Assembly (NCBI GenBank): GCA_003693705.1
Contig: RBZT01000979.1
Location: 1 to 35,997, forward strand
Origin: Polymyxa betae A26-41
Lineage: Eukaryota > Protista > Endomyxa: Phytomyxea
Direction of reading: 5' to 3'
DNA: 35,997 nt
In this document: piece by piece, positions 1-10,955 of the stretch
How positions within the stretch are numbered: the first letter of the stretch is position 1
Layout: the number at the start of each line of letters is the position of its first letter
Program-made: the position numbers and the translations under genes
Notes under the pieces: model-generated
What the model saw: only the letters and a program-made list of their open reading frames with translations
What the model was told of the DNA's origin: nothing
Database searches by the model: none

Positions 1-577
1 AATTCTTTAGAGCGGTTTCGTCAGATCGCGATTTCAAGTTACTAGAAAATCTGCCAATCTGGCAGCATGCACTTCGGTCAGGTTATAATGAATATGTGTT
101 TCATTTCCAGCTCGAGTCCCAGCTTCATTCAGCTCAGTCCGTACGGCCACCGTACGGACTCCCAGGGAGTCGAGCCCATTAATATTACGGTACGTCTTCA
201 TATTTTCATCCTGTTCGCATCTTTGTTTAGGCATCAAATTTCTGCGTGAGTCACTGTGTAAGCTCCAACCTTTTGATATTCGTAGAATAGTACTCTGCTT
301 TATATATCATATCTTATAGCTCTTTAATATTCATCTCGGAGATTGAAGTTCATCGGCCAAATAGCTCATGTTGTTGAATCGCTCTACGCCAGTTTCTTGC
401 GTGGGCTGATCTTCAAATCGCGTACAACGCACTTACAAAGGGATTCAAGATTTTATTATGTTTTGTTAATAAATCTGATACACAATCGTCTCAAGCTTAA
501 ACAACAGATTGCCACAAGGTGCATTATGAAGTCGCCGAATACTGTGACGAGTGTGATCTCAATAATGACGATACGCA

Positions 578-2198
578 ATGGCAGCATATAACGCTGAATT
601 AATTCGGCAACGTTTCCTTTCGTTGACCCGGAATGATGGGCGATTTCTTTCAGTTGCAAACCAAGAGGCAAGAGATCCAGGCTTTATGCAGAAATGCCAG
701 AGAGCACGCAATCAGATCGGAGGTTTCGGGCTCGACCCGTTAAGAGCAGCAGTCATCTTGGAGCCTTGGACGCAGGCTCTCCTGAGTGAACAATCAATGA
801 AAAATTGCTCAACCTGGTCGCCGCCGGCCGGGCTCGTCGTCAGCCGTAAAATCGACAACGCAGCGTCTATGAAAGTTTGTAGGGAATTCCGTGGCCAAAA
901 ATTGCGAAAATCGGTCATGCAAAACATGGAATTTCGGCGTGAATTTCAGCTCAAGTCTAGAAAAATAAAAAAAATGGAATTTAGACAGTCAATCCTACGG
1001 CGTTTTGTTATAAACTTTTTCGAAAAAATTTGAACTCAGGATCGGTCCCTTGGATTCGTCGCAGTCCGTGAGTCAACTCAGGCATACAGTGCGGGAAGTC
1101 TTAAACCGACAACTTTTGTATGGGAGTTCTTGGGTCTTTATTGGGGCCTCCGGACTAGGTCCGGAACAAAAACTATGCTCATAAATCGATAGATCTCGTC
1201 GTTTGGAAAAAATCTATGATGAAATCTTTGAAAAATAATAGATTCCTGAGTCTATAATGCGGACTTTATTTGTATGAGAATCAGTAGTCATGAGACTTGT
1301 ATGGGCAAAACACGTTGTTAAACAGCGCAGCCCTTCGCGGAGCCTCTGCGCAGCCCTCTCCATTTCCAGTGTGCATTTGATTCGAATTGCACGACCATTT
1401 CAGCGATACTATTCTTGGAAGACTTTGCAAACAACCGTTCCTTTAGCATTGAATTCGGTGCCGTTATCTACTATCCGCCGATGTGCTCGCAAAAGTGAGC
1501 GTTACATGGACTCTTATCGTTTAAAAAGAAGGGAACGTGAGGTTGACACCAGCGCAGGTTGAATATGCTGTGAAGAAGTACCGATCCCATCGGCGGATCC
1601 CCGAGAAAATTCTAGAACTTTTAAGAATTTGCGGCGTGGCCTCCGGCGCGGCCTCTTCTTTCGAAATAAAATTGAGACAAATTGTCGGTTTAAGACTTCC
1701 CGCACTGTATCCCGACCAAGGTCCCGATCAACCCTTTCGTCTTGAGTAATGCAGGAATCTCTTGATTTGACCATCTATCACCTACATCTCCCTTTCAGTA
1801 GATCTACTTCGTGACTTGATATTTCCAAAAGGTTATGGGCCGCCTCCATGCTTATTTCACTGCTAACCAAGACGCGTGTGCTCCCCGCCCAACAACCACG
1901 GCCGTGATGAGCAAGAGACCAATTGACGGCTCCCCGACTCTACTGATCGACCCTTGGAGGCTCCAGATACGTCATGCCCTACGGCTCTTCTCCACATGCC
2001 GTAATATTTCCAGACCGCTTTAATTAATCGTTTGCTCTAGCCCGAGCGGTTTCAATGAGGCTCACATTTGAGTAGAAATGATCCAAATTCAATCCCATTT
2101 CTCATAATTTGTCTGTCTAGGTTCCACATTCCATGTTGTTTCCACCTACGATAGTAAGGCGATCTCTGGAGCTTTTGGCATCAGCAAATGTTAATTAA
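578..2198 (+). CDS. Hypothetical spliced protein (~190 aa) with a ~957-nt MITE-containing intron
   Basis: The ORF from ATG 578 has a phase-0 GT donor at 875 (ATG AAA|gtttg) that joins a phase-0 acceptor at 1831 (caaaag|GTT ATG GGC). Two further ~50-nt GT-AG introns keep the frame open (...FSTC|PRAVSMRLTF|EFHIPCCFPPTIVRRSLELLASANVN*). No homology recognised. Confidence 0.35.
1087..1707. mobile_element. Non-autonomous Tc1/mariner-type DNA transposon (MITE), 621 bp
   Basis: Perfect 26-bp terminal inverted repeats: CAGTGCGGGAAGTCTTAAACCGACAA (1087-1112) and TTGTCGGTTTAAGACTTCCCGCACTG (1682-1707). TA flanks both sides (1085-1086, 1708-1709). CAGT termini plus a TA target duplication are typical of Tc1/mariner. 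No transposase ORF inside. Confidence 0.9.
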
Positions 2199-2358
2199 AC
2201 AAAAAAAAGGAACAAAATGTTATCGGATATAAATACAATATTTAATACATATCTATTGTGACTCGTTGTGAAAATTGCGCTTTTAATAGTGTTGTATGAA
2301 CTCCTCTATAGACTAGAGTCCATATTCTACTAACTAATCCGAGTTTATCACAATAATA

Positions 2359-3123
2359 ATGTCACGTTTTGGCCAATTATCTGAGCGACGTCGTCCAAGT
2401 CAAAGGCATGGCTCGCAGTCTGGCACGAACGCCACTTGTCAGAAGTGCCTACAGAAGGGGCATTGGACATTCATGTGCCAAAACCCGCCTGCTTACGCCA
2501 AGCGAATCTCCAGAACTAAAGTATTGAAGCGCCCTGATCTATACAAACGTCAGCCAAAGGAGGAGAAGCCACCTGAAATACTGGAATTAGAGGAAGAATT
2601 AGCTGCTGTTGAGAGACAGAGCAAAATGATGAATGATTTGCTACAAAGCTGCAATTCTGATGCGAAATCATCAAATTCATCTTCTTCTGATTCGGATTCA
2701 TCAAGCACATCATCTTCGGATTCTTCTTCAGACTCTGATTCAGATACATCATCGTCTGATTCATCGACTGATAGCACTATAACAGAATCAGATTCAAGCT
2801 CAGATGAAACTTCTGTGGATTCTCGACGTCATCGTGAACGTGTTCGATTGGGGTCACCTCTTGCAAGAACGCCCATACGAGCGCCCACTCGTAATCATGA
2901 GCGACGGCATTTATCGCGGCAGCGTTCATCTCGAAGTAGATCGCCAAGAAATATATCAGCTGAGAATTGGAAAGGATCTCGAGTTCGAAGTCCATCACCT
3001 AATTCAATTGCTAAAGAAAATTCAAGTGGACATCATCTTACCAGTTTATCGCCTACAAAATCTCGTAGATTTGCTCCTAATGATTTTGTTCATCCTGATC
3101 GCAGGCAATATCAAAGAAGATAA
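2359..3123 (+). CDS. ZCCHC10-like zinc-knuckle protein with Ser/Asp-rich and RS-like tail
   Basis: CQKCLQKGHWTFMC knuckle followed by Y..R.SRT..LK (zf-CCHC_3 pattern), then an S/D low-complexity tract and RS/SP dipeptides. Single exon. Confidence 0.8.
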   Translation: MSRFGQLSERRRPSQRHGSQSGTNATCQKCLQKGHWTFMCQNPPAYAKRISRTKVLKRPDLYKRQPKEEKPPEILELEEELAAVERQSKMMNDLLQSCNSDAKSSNSSSSDSDSSSTSSSDSSSDSDSDTSSSDSSTDSTITESDSSSDETSVDSRRHRERVRLGSPLARTPIRAPTRNHERRHLSRQRSSRSRSPRNISAENWKGSRVRSPSPNSIAKENSSGHHLTSLSPTKSRRFAPNDFVHPDRRQYQRR

Positions 3124-3245
3124 ATTGCCGCTCTAGATAGACTATTACTAAAACGTATTTTGTTTCAGACATTAATTAGGTGTTTGACTAGTAATTTGAC
3201 GAAACCAATATTTAATGTAAAACATGCAATGATGATGATGGTGAA

Positions 3246-4358
3246 TTAAGAACATGCAACGACAGATCCAGGTATAGACTTATTGTCCTTCACAACATTG
3301 GAAGAACGTAGAATCATCCGCTGAGCAAAACGAAGGAGCTGTCTCCAGAATACTGGATTTGGCATTATTCGTGGTCGCTTCTTCTTTGTTAAAGATAATG
3401 CATCGAAAATGGAATATCCGCATCTTGCAGAGAGATAAGCAAGAACTAGAGCAACAGATCTGCTCGTGCCTTTGTTCGAATGAACTAAGATACGGCCACC
3501 ACCACGAATAGCTTTATCGATGAAGGCAATAGCTTCATCAAAGTATTCGCTAATATCTGTATGTGCTGATTCTCGAATTTGTAGATGAAGATAAGAAACC
3601 TTGATAGGAACCTGATGTGCAGGAACTTCAGCTGCAGCATTTAATATGTGAGTAATACGTGATTCACGAAGAAATGTCACATCACAAGCATGATATGATT
3701 CTCCAAGATATAATCCAGCAACAATCTCATCCGCATAAATTGATCCAAATCGAGTCTGTCCTTCAAGCATGGCTCTATCAGGATGACCTTCAAATTGATC
3801 TAAACCAGATGGCACGACAATATCATGTTGCCGATTATCACCATCAATTCTTTGATCGGCAACCAAATTACTGAAATTCCCTGATTCGGAAAAGACGAGA
3901 AGCTGATGCCAGAAACCACGATTAGGTTTAATCCGAGGTCGTTGCATTTTGATGAATGCTAATGCATCATAAAGAGAATAATTGTGCATTGCTACCAAAT
4001 ATGCAATAACCAATGATGGACCACGACTGACACCATGGACACAATGAACCAAAACAGCACCATTATTAGAGAGCGCTTGATGGATAAACTGAATGGCAGG
4101 CTTGAAGTATTCAGAGATGTTGAACAGGTCATTATCATTGATAGGAAGATGTAGATACTTGATAGGAGTATGATGTCGATGGAAACAATCTGCCTCGGCA
4201 GCAGCATTAAGGATATGTGTGATAGACAACTGATTGAGAATATGCAGATTTCTGGCGTGTGACAGATCCCCGAGATATAGTCCATCGATAAGAGATGAAG
4301 GTGGCAGCAGACTGGTCCGATTTGCAGGTCGATACCTGAATTTCGTGGATTTCATCAT
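3246..4358 (-). CDS. Tandem two-domain dual-specificity phosphatase (one active domain, one pseudophosphatase domain)
   Basis: Two copies of GLYLG...ITHILNAA...LVH.....SR...R..I.PN..FW.QL. Domain 1 has HCVHGVSRG and domain 2 has HSNKGTSRS. Single exon. Confidence 0.92.
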   Translation of the reverse strand: MMKSTKFRYRPANRTSLLPPSSLIDGLYLGDLSHARNLHILNQLSITHILNAAAEADCFHRHHTPIKYLHLPINDNDLFNISEYFKPAIQFIHQALSNNGAVLVHCVHGVSRGPSLVIAYLVAMHNYSLYDALAFIKMQRPRIKPNRGFWHQLLVFSESGNFSNLVADQRIDGDNRQHDIVVPSGLDQFEGHPDRAMLEGQTRFGSIYADEIVAGLYLGESYHACDVTFLRESRITHILNAAAEVPAHQVPIKVSYLHLQIRESAHTDISEYFDEAIAFIDKAIRGGGRILVHSNKGTSRSVALVLAYLSARCGYSIFDALSLTKKKRPRIMPNPVFWRQLLRFAQRMILRSSNVVKDNKSIPGSVVACS

Positions 4359-4464
4359 GACAGAGAAATGATTAATGATGGGGTGACCCCAGACCCCCGT
4401 CTACTTCTCCCCCCCCCCCGGTCACGGCATGCTATATCATAGTACACATACTATCGACTGTAGA

Positions 4465-6869
4465 TTAACTCACGACATCTTCTATTACAATCTCTAAAGT
4501 TCTATCAGGAATTTGTAGATTACCTAGCGCATCCAGATAGGCCTGAGGGAAATGCTGCACCATCATCGACTTGGAAACAATAATCTCATCCAATGACGTT
4601 CTGTCTAGTGGATATATCAGCATCCTTTCAATTCTCTCTATTCCACAAAAGCGGGGTTCTGCATTTGAATGCTTCTCTTTCACAATATGGAACAAACGTC
4701 CAGGAACCTGGTAGCAGAATTCATCAATCATTTCAAATTGAAGCATGATAATCTTACATATAATTTTGGTTCTGAAGACATCTGCAGTACGTTCTCTACT
4801 GATCGAAAGAATCCTGAAGCAATCTGTATCAGATTTGATTAAGCATTCATGATTGGTGCTACCATTATCTCCTGCCAGATTGGAGATGAATGCTAATTTT
4901 GAATTTGATCTGCTAGAGGCAGACCTAAGGACATCACTTCGAGATAAATACAATACACATTGATTAGATTTGGCAATATCCAGCAATGAAGCCATCAAGA
5001 TTTTCAATCTTCGAATACTTCGCAATGATAATCGAGGAATGATGTCATTGCGGAATACAATTGCAGTTATACAAGATGCGATATCAGATTCTGCAATAGT
5101 AATATCTGCAATCTGCAGTGGTGCATAAGCAAAACATAACAGTGAGCGTCCTTTCCATGGACATAAGTTTGCAACTTTCTGGCACATTAACGCCATTGAA
5201 GATGCAACAGCGCTTCCGAAAGAATGTCCATTTAAAACGATTCGATATGAAGGATGCGCTTCCAAGAACACTGCAAACGATAATTAGCTATGTTTTGATG
5301 AAGGATAAAAATTACAACATACTTTGAACTGCTTCAGAGTCGCGAAGTTCCGATAGAATCTTCATCGCTGCGTTAAAGACGCCAGAATGAACATGACTTC
5401 CTGGGAATCCATAATCATCTAGCATTTGCAAATCAATAAGAAGGTCATTAAGTAAGTCTTGAACAGAATGGGTTCCTCGAACTGAAACCACCATTGTCTG
5501 TGTTTCATGATCAGCACATACCTAATCACAAGTCAGTATTGAAATACGCCTAACAAACTGAAAGGTCCTGACATAAAACACAGCAGTTCCAGCTTGGGAT
5601 GTTAAATTGGCATATATCAGATCTGAAGGATCAATTCCAGAACGCAGCAAGAAGGCTTTAATTGAGCAAAAGCAACATCCTGATGAGTGAATATTTTTAC
5701 GGTTGCTTTGAAAGCAATTCGGCAGGCAACAAACCGCATACGGTTTCATGATAGCATGTAATGGAGCTCCATAAGCTGCCAGGGAATATTTATAATAATG
5801 TTTTGCCAAGCGAATACGTTCCCAATCGTCTTCATTCTATCTAGAAAATTCAAACGTGTTTGTGCTTTATAAACAAAAAACATATTATTTACCAGCTGAG
5901 GCTGAGCATCACTTAAAGGTAGGCAATGAGCCCTTTCACATGAATCACCCTCGCAAGATGAATGTATCCTTAAACCCGATATGATGTCTCCAGAGCAATA
6001 GCCCAGATTTCTTCGAGCAATTTGTAAAGAACGAACCAAAGTTAACGTCAAGATAGTATCACTAAAGCTTAGATCAGGAAAATCAACAGCTATATGCTGG
6101 AGATGCTTAGCGATGGAAGTAAATCCTTGCTCTTCTCTGGAAAAAAATGGTCTCAGCTTTAACTCTTGCTCTGTTGGAAATGTACATTACAAATCATGTA
6201 TGCGATTCTTGCCAAACCAGCAAGTATGACATAGTAAACATTTAGTTAATGATCTCCAGTCATCAACAGTTCCTGCAGCATCAAATTTGAAAGTCTTCGT
6301 GACAAACAGCTAAACTCTTACGTGATCTAATATGGCCACGAGTCATTACGAAAGCACAAATGCCATTAAGCGCAATAGCAATCCATCCAGTAATTACAAA
6401 TATCAAAATAATTGCAGATATATCAGTTTGTTGACACTGAGTAGAGACATAAATGCCAAGAAATGTTCCAACAAGTGTAAGCAGCAATCTAACTGCTGTT
6501 AGAGCTGTTGCAGAAACTGAAAGGGTATTGGGTCCAACATCATTAAAAATTGGATTTTTAAAATGCTTAATAACAGCAGATATAAGGACAGCAGCATGCA
6601 GTAATAACTCGCTAACAGATACAACAATGATGATAGCAAATAAAATGGAAATAGCAGAGTTGGTCGCAGAGCCGATTTTGCAGAGGCCAACTGTTCCTTG
6701 AAATGCATCTGATATGAAAGACAGACTGAGGATCCATGATAAAAGGAGAGGCAATTGCAGAATCTAACAGAATGGATGTGAGATTGTATCTGAAAAGTAT
6801 AAAAGAGCAGACCATATTACAACATGTCCATGTCAGTAATTGAATGGTGTCTGTCCTTAATGACTTCAT
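4465..6869 (-). CDS. Class 3 lipase, diacylglycerol lipase (DAGL)-like, multi-exon
   Basis: About 4 N-terminal TM helices (6281-6869), then VVSVRGTHSVQD, VHSG, nucleophile motif GHSFG, NDIIPRLS and a C-terminal QHFP. Exons are joined by ~50-nt GT-AG introns. Confidence 0.85.
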
Positions 6870-7088
6870 TCTGTAACTAAATGTTTAAATCATATTAATA
6901 AATCATGCATCATGATAGAGTAGAGACAGTACATACCTCTCTTACAGATATTTTCATTGTAGTAATTACTACTGTATAAATCTCAATCTAATATCTATCA
7001 GATCAACTCACAATAACACACAAGTACAAGCCATCAAGTTAAATCAAGAAATTATTTAGACAGATACCTAAGAGCGAATTTGGGTAAA

Positions 7089-7844
7089 TCAATGTGAACA
7101 GAGACGTATATGACTCTTAAGCCTAGGCAGATTAGATTGTATCTGACCACATTTATGGCAGGCTAAAGGCTTGTTTAACAGAGAATTGTAATAGCTCTCA
7201 TCAATCTAATATCGTGATATTTAAACAATCAAACAACCAATAGATATAATGATGACATACATCAAGTCTGCCTTTAGATTCAATTTCATTTAGCACATAA
7301 TCAGGTGATAGGAAGAAATTACTACAGAATGAGTTCCAATGTTTCTTATTTTTGATACATTCCGAATCCATATCTGTACTCTAATAAAAACATGAACAAC
7401 ATTGTTGCAGAAACCCAATTTGATATGCTTACTATTAAATGCAAATGCAACTGATCTAAACTCGGAATAGCATGAAATCCAAATTTATATCTTCCTGGCT
7501 CCAGCGACCCTGCTTCGACCAATCTAAAGCATTTAGTGAAATATCAGAAATGGAAATAGGATTGATTACCTATGAGCGACACGTTTTGCAAACTGAATGA
7601 GATGATGTAATAAAGGAATATGTTGACATGTTAAATGTTGAATAGATGGAGTATATGATCTGGGTATAATAAGAAGATGACGTTGTGATTTAGGATATCT
7701 ATCATATATAGCAATATAATCATTATCAATATCATATATTATAGGTCTATAACATTCAGGTTGTTTCATAATATCTACTAATGCTGATTTCCATGAAGAT
7801 GGTCTTGGTACATGTTCCCATAGTTTACCTGAATTAACATACAT
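7089..7844 (-). CDS. APTX: Aprataxin (HIT domain plus C-terminal zinc finger), spliced
   Basis: DRYPKSQRHLLIIPR, FGFHAIPSLDQLHLH, KNKKHWNSF and C-terminal LACHKCGQIQSNLPRLKSHIRLC. The true start could lie in a further upstream exon. Confidence 0.88.
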
Positions 7845-8333
7845 ATTGAATATATAATAATACAGGATATAACCTCCTATAAACTATATATTATGAATAT
7901 GATATTCATCGCAATTACTCACTACTTATGCATTGTATTTCCTATTTGATATAAAAGTGAGTCTACAGCCACACATATATTACAGTATATGCTAAATACA
8001 ATTTATTCAATAGATCTCATCATGTTTTCCCTTTAATGAAGAGATTTGACAATCTGTATATCAGTATATGTAACTTTTCGTTGCTGAGAGTTTTACTCTG
8101 CTTGGAATCTGGGAATATGAGACAGGTTTTAGTACATAAATCATTTGTTAGATGGATTCAATAAAACCCAAACTGAAAGCTTTGAAAAACAGAATTGAGA
8201 AAAATATGAGATTAGGTCAATAATTGAAGCTATATGAAAGAGCATTAATATAAAAATGGAAAGTCCGTGACGGAGTCCGAATTCCGATTGCTCTAACTAC
8301 CATCAGCTGTATCAGAAATCGAATTTTATCATC

Positions 8334-8789
8334 ATGGGTCGTATGCACAGCAAAGGTAAGGGTATCTCGCGTTCGGCTCTGCCTTACCGTCGTACACCTC
8401 CATCATGGTGCAAGACTGATGCTGATACTGTTAAGAATGAGATTGTTAAATATGCCAAGAAGGGTATGACCCCATCACAAATTGGGGTTGTATTACGTGA
8501 TTCGCAGGGTATTCCTCAGGTTACAACTATTACTGGACAAAAGATTCTTCGTATTCTCAAGGTTGTTGGTATGGCACCAGAGATTCCTGAAGATCTTTAC
8601 CATCTCATTAAGAAAGCTGTTAATGTTCGTCGTCATTTGGAGAAGAACCGCAAGGATTATGATTCCAAGTTCCGTCTTATTCTTGTGGAATCTCGTATTC
8701 ATCGTCTTGCTCGTTATTACAAGAAGACCCGAGCTCTTGCTCCTACATGGAAGTACAACTCTGCTACTGCCAGTACTATGGTCGCCTAA
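8334..8789 (+). CDS. RPS13: 40S ribosomal protein S13 (uS15)
   Basis: [12 protein letters not shown]...[19 protein letters not shown], 151 aa, intronless. Confidence 0.99.
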   Translation: MGRMHSKGKGISRSALPYRRTPPSWCKTDADTVKNEIVKYAKKGMTPSQIGVVLRDSQGIPQVTTITGQKILRILKVVGMAPEIPEDLYHLIKKAVNVRRHLEKNRKDYDSKFRLILVESRIHRLARYYKKTRALAPTWKYNSATASTMVA

Positions 8790-9327
8790 ATAATACAATG
8801 TTCCTCTGATTGTCACATTCTAGAGGGATGATATGGTCTTACCTGTAATTAATCAGGAAGGCAATATCATCGCCTGACATATAAATGTGTTTTAACACAT
8901 ATATAGATACTGTAGATTATTACTGTATATTGAATAAATAACATTCTCCACTTGTTTCAATAATAATGTCTTAATGCTGGACTCCTCTAGTTCGTATAGC
9001 TATAGGCTATGTACAGACACTTGTAGCCTGATCTTATCAAGATCAGAAGCTCCTACTACTAGTTATGTCGTTAGATTGTGTTAATATGCAGGCTGTTATG
9101 AGATTTATTTCTCAATTGATGAATACATTTACTATAGTAGCTGTATATGTTGCAATATGAATATCCCTCTATATAATTCAGTCACAGATATATTATTATC
9201 AGTATCATCATATTAATCTATCTCCTCCCTCTCTATCTATCTCATTCATATAATTATATATACATCTATCAGGTATCGCTCAAACATCACCAATATTCGC
9301 ATTTGATCTGAATGTAATCTTGACCTA

Positions 9328-10818
9328 ATGGGCAATACAAAATCATCGGAACTACATCCGACCTCCCTCTCCAATCAGACTTCTTCAGCATCGAAATTTT
9401 ATGGTGTCGCTAATGTTCGTCTGTGAAGAAATTCCTTCATACCTGCATATATCTTAGTTTAATGATTTAGTTTGGCAATACTTGCTATTTGAACTCGGTC
9501 TTTCAAGCATTATATCATTGTAAGGCGTTTCGTGATAATCTTCTGGAATATTATCATGAACAGCAACAAGAACAATATGGTAGGTGAAAATAAACCATTC
9601 ATTAGATATATGGTCATATTTATCAGATAATTAGATGATGATGATGATGATGATGATGATCAAGTTCGTGAACCTACCTTGTTATCACTTCTTGCAGAAT
9701 TATTTGTAGGAAGATAAGAGTCAATTTTAACTAATCATAATATGATTGACATATAGGATTATATAAATAATAGTAATGAACAGAATGGGACATTAGAGCC
9801 AAAGGATTTTGTTGAACATGTACAACAAAGGAATGGTATGATAGCAATATGAGATACAAATCTCTCATATATTTATTATTTAATAATTCAGCTATGTTCG
9901 TTGGTACACAACATCAAGATGCTCATGAATTTCTCCATTTTCTCCTAAGCGATCTCTCGGAAACAATCAATGAACAACGTGGACATCAACAGCATGAAGA
10001 TTCATCAATTCCCAATTTCATTGAAGCTCTATTTGGAGGTGTTTTTACAAATCGAATGCAATGTCTTCGTTGTGATTCAATCTCATCCAGAGATGAGAAA
10101 GTTAGTTATATTTCATCTTAAGATTAACAGCTGCCATTCTATTTTATTTCGTTTATGATATTGATCAATTCACTGTATCTCCATTAATTGTAATTTGTTT
10201 ATTTGTATCAGTTCATGGATCTCTCTATTGATATCTCTGATCATTCATCACTATCTCATTGTTTGGGTCAATTTGGAAGACGTGAACTCCTATTCGCTGA
10301 CTGTAAATTCCGATGTTCACAATGTTTATCACTTCAAGAAGCTCATAAGGTTCGTACTGGCTCCTGTATATCACATTATTAACATGTTCCAAGTGGTTGC
10401 AAGTTAAACGACAGCCTCGAGTTCTGATCTGTCATTTGAAAAGATTTAAATACACCGAATCGATGGAGTTCAAGAAATTATGCTGTCGTGTCTGTTTTTC
10501 ACAACATTTACGTCTTCCAAATCTGGTAGAAGATCTGGAACCCTGCCTGTATGAACTATTCGCTGTAGGTATGTAACTGATTGTGTGGAATATATATATA
10601 TATAGGATATGATATATGAATATACAGTGGTTCATATTGGATCTGGTTCATCTCATGGTCATTATGTATGTGTTATACGTCAAGGTTCTACATGGTATCT
10701 ATATGATGATCATATCATACATCTATTAGAACATGATTGTTTACATCACTTCTTTGGTTCTCTTCATGATCCAGATCATAATGATGGCTATATATTATTT
10801 TATCAACAAATATCCTGA
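9328..10818 (+). CDS. Ubiquitin-specific protease, USP12/USP46-like (peptidase C19), multi-exon
   Basis: Spliced Cys box GVAN|[23 protein letters not shown], two CxxC motifs (CLRC, CSQC), CHLKRFKY, and His box [12 protein letters not shown]...WYLYDD...GYILFY. The N-terminal MGNTKS is a possible myristoylation site. Confidence 0.92.
9634..9660 (+). repeat. (GAT)9 microsatellite encoding poly-Asp at the start of a USP exon
   Basis: Nine GAT units beginning at the splice acceptor. Confidence 0.9.
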
Positions 10819-10955
10819 ATTTCCATTTACGTAATCCATCATATGTCTTTCATATATCCACAAATTCTCATAATCTATAAATTTATAGGTTCTTCGACAG
10901 TTCTGTTTTCAAACACATCAAATCAGTTTCGTGAAAACTGTCATATTTGACGATT

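Noticed and set aside
1290-1774. Short ORFs inside the MITE as a transposase
   Set aside because: No HTH or DDE motifs and too short; probably chance ORFs.
2516-3136. Antisense and alternative-frame ORFs over the ZCCHC10-like gene, and similar shadow ORFs elsewhere
   Set aside because: Explained by low-complexity or codon-biased coding sequence in the real frame.
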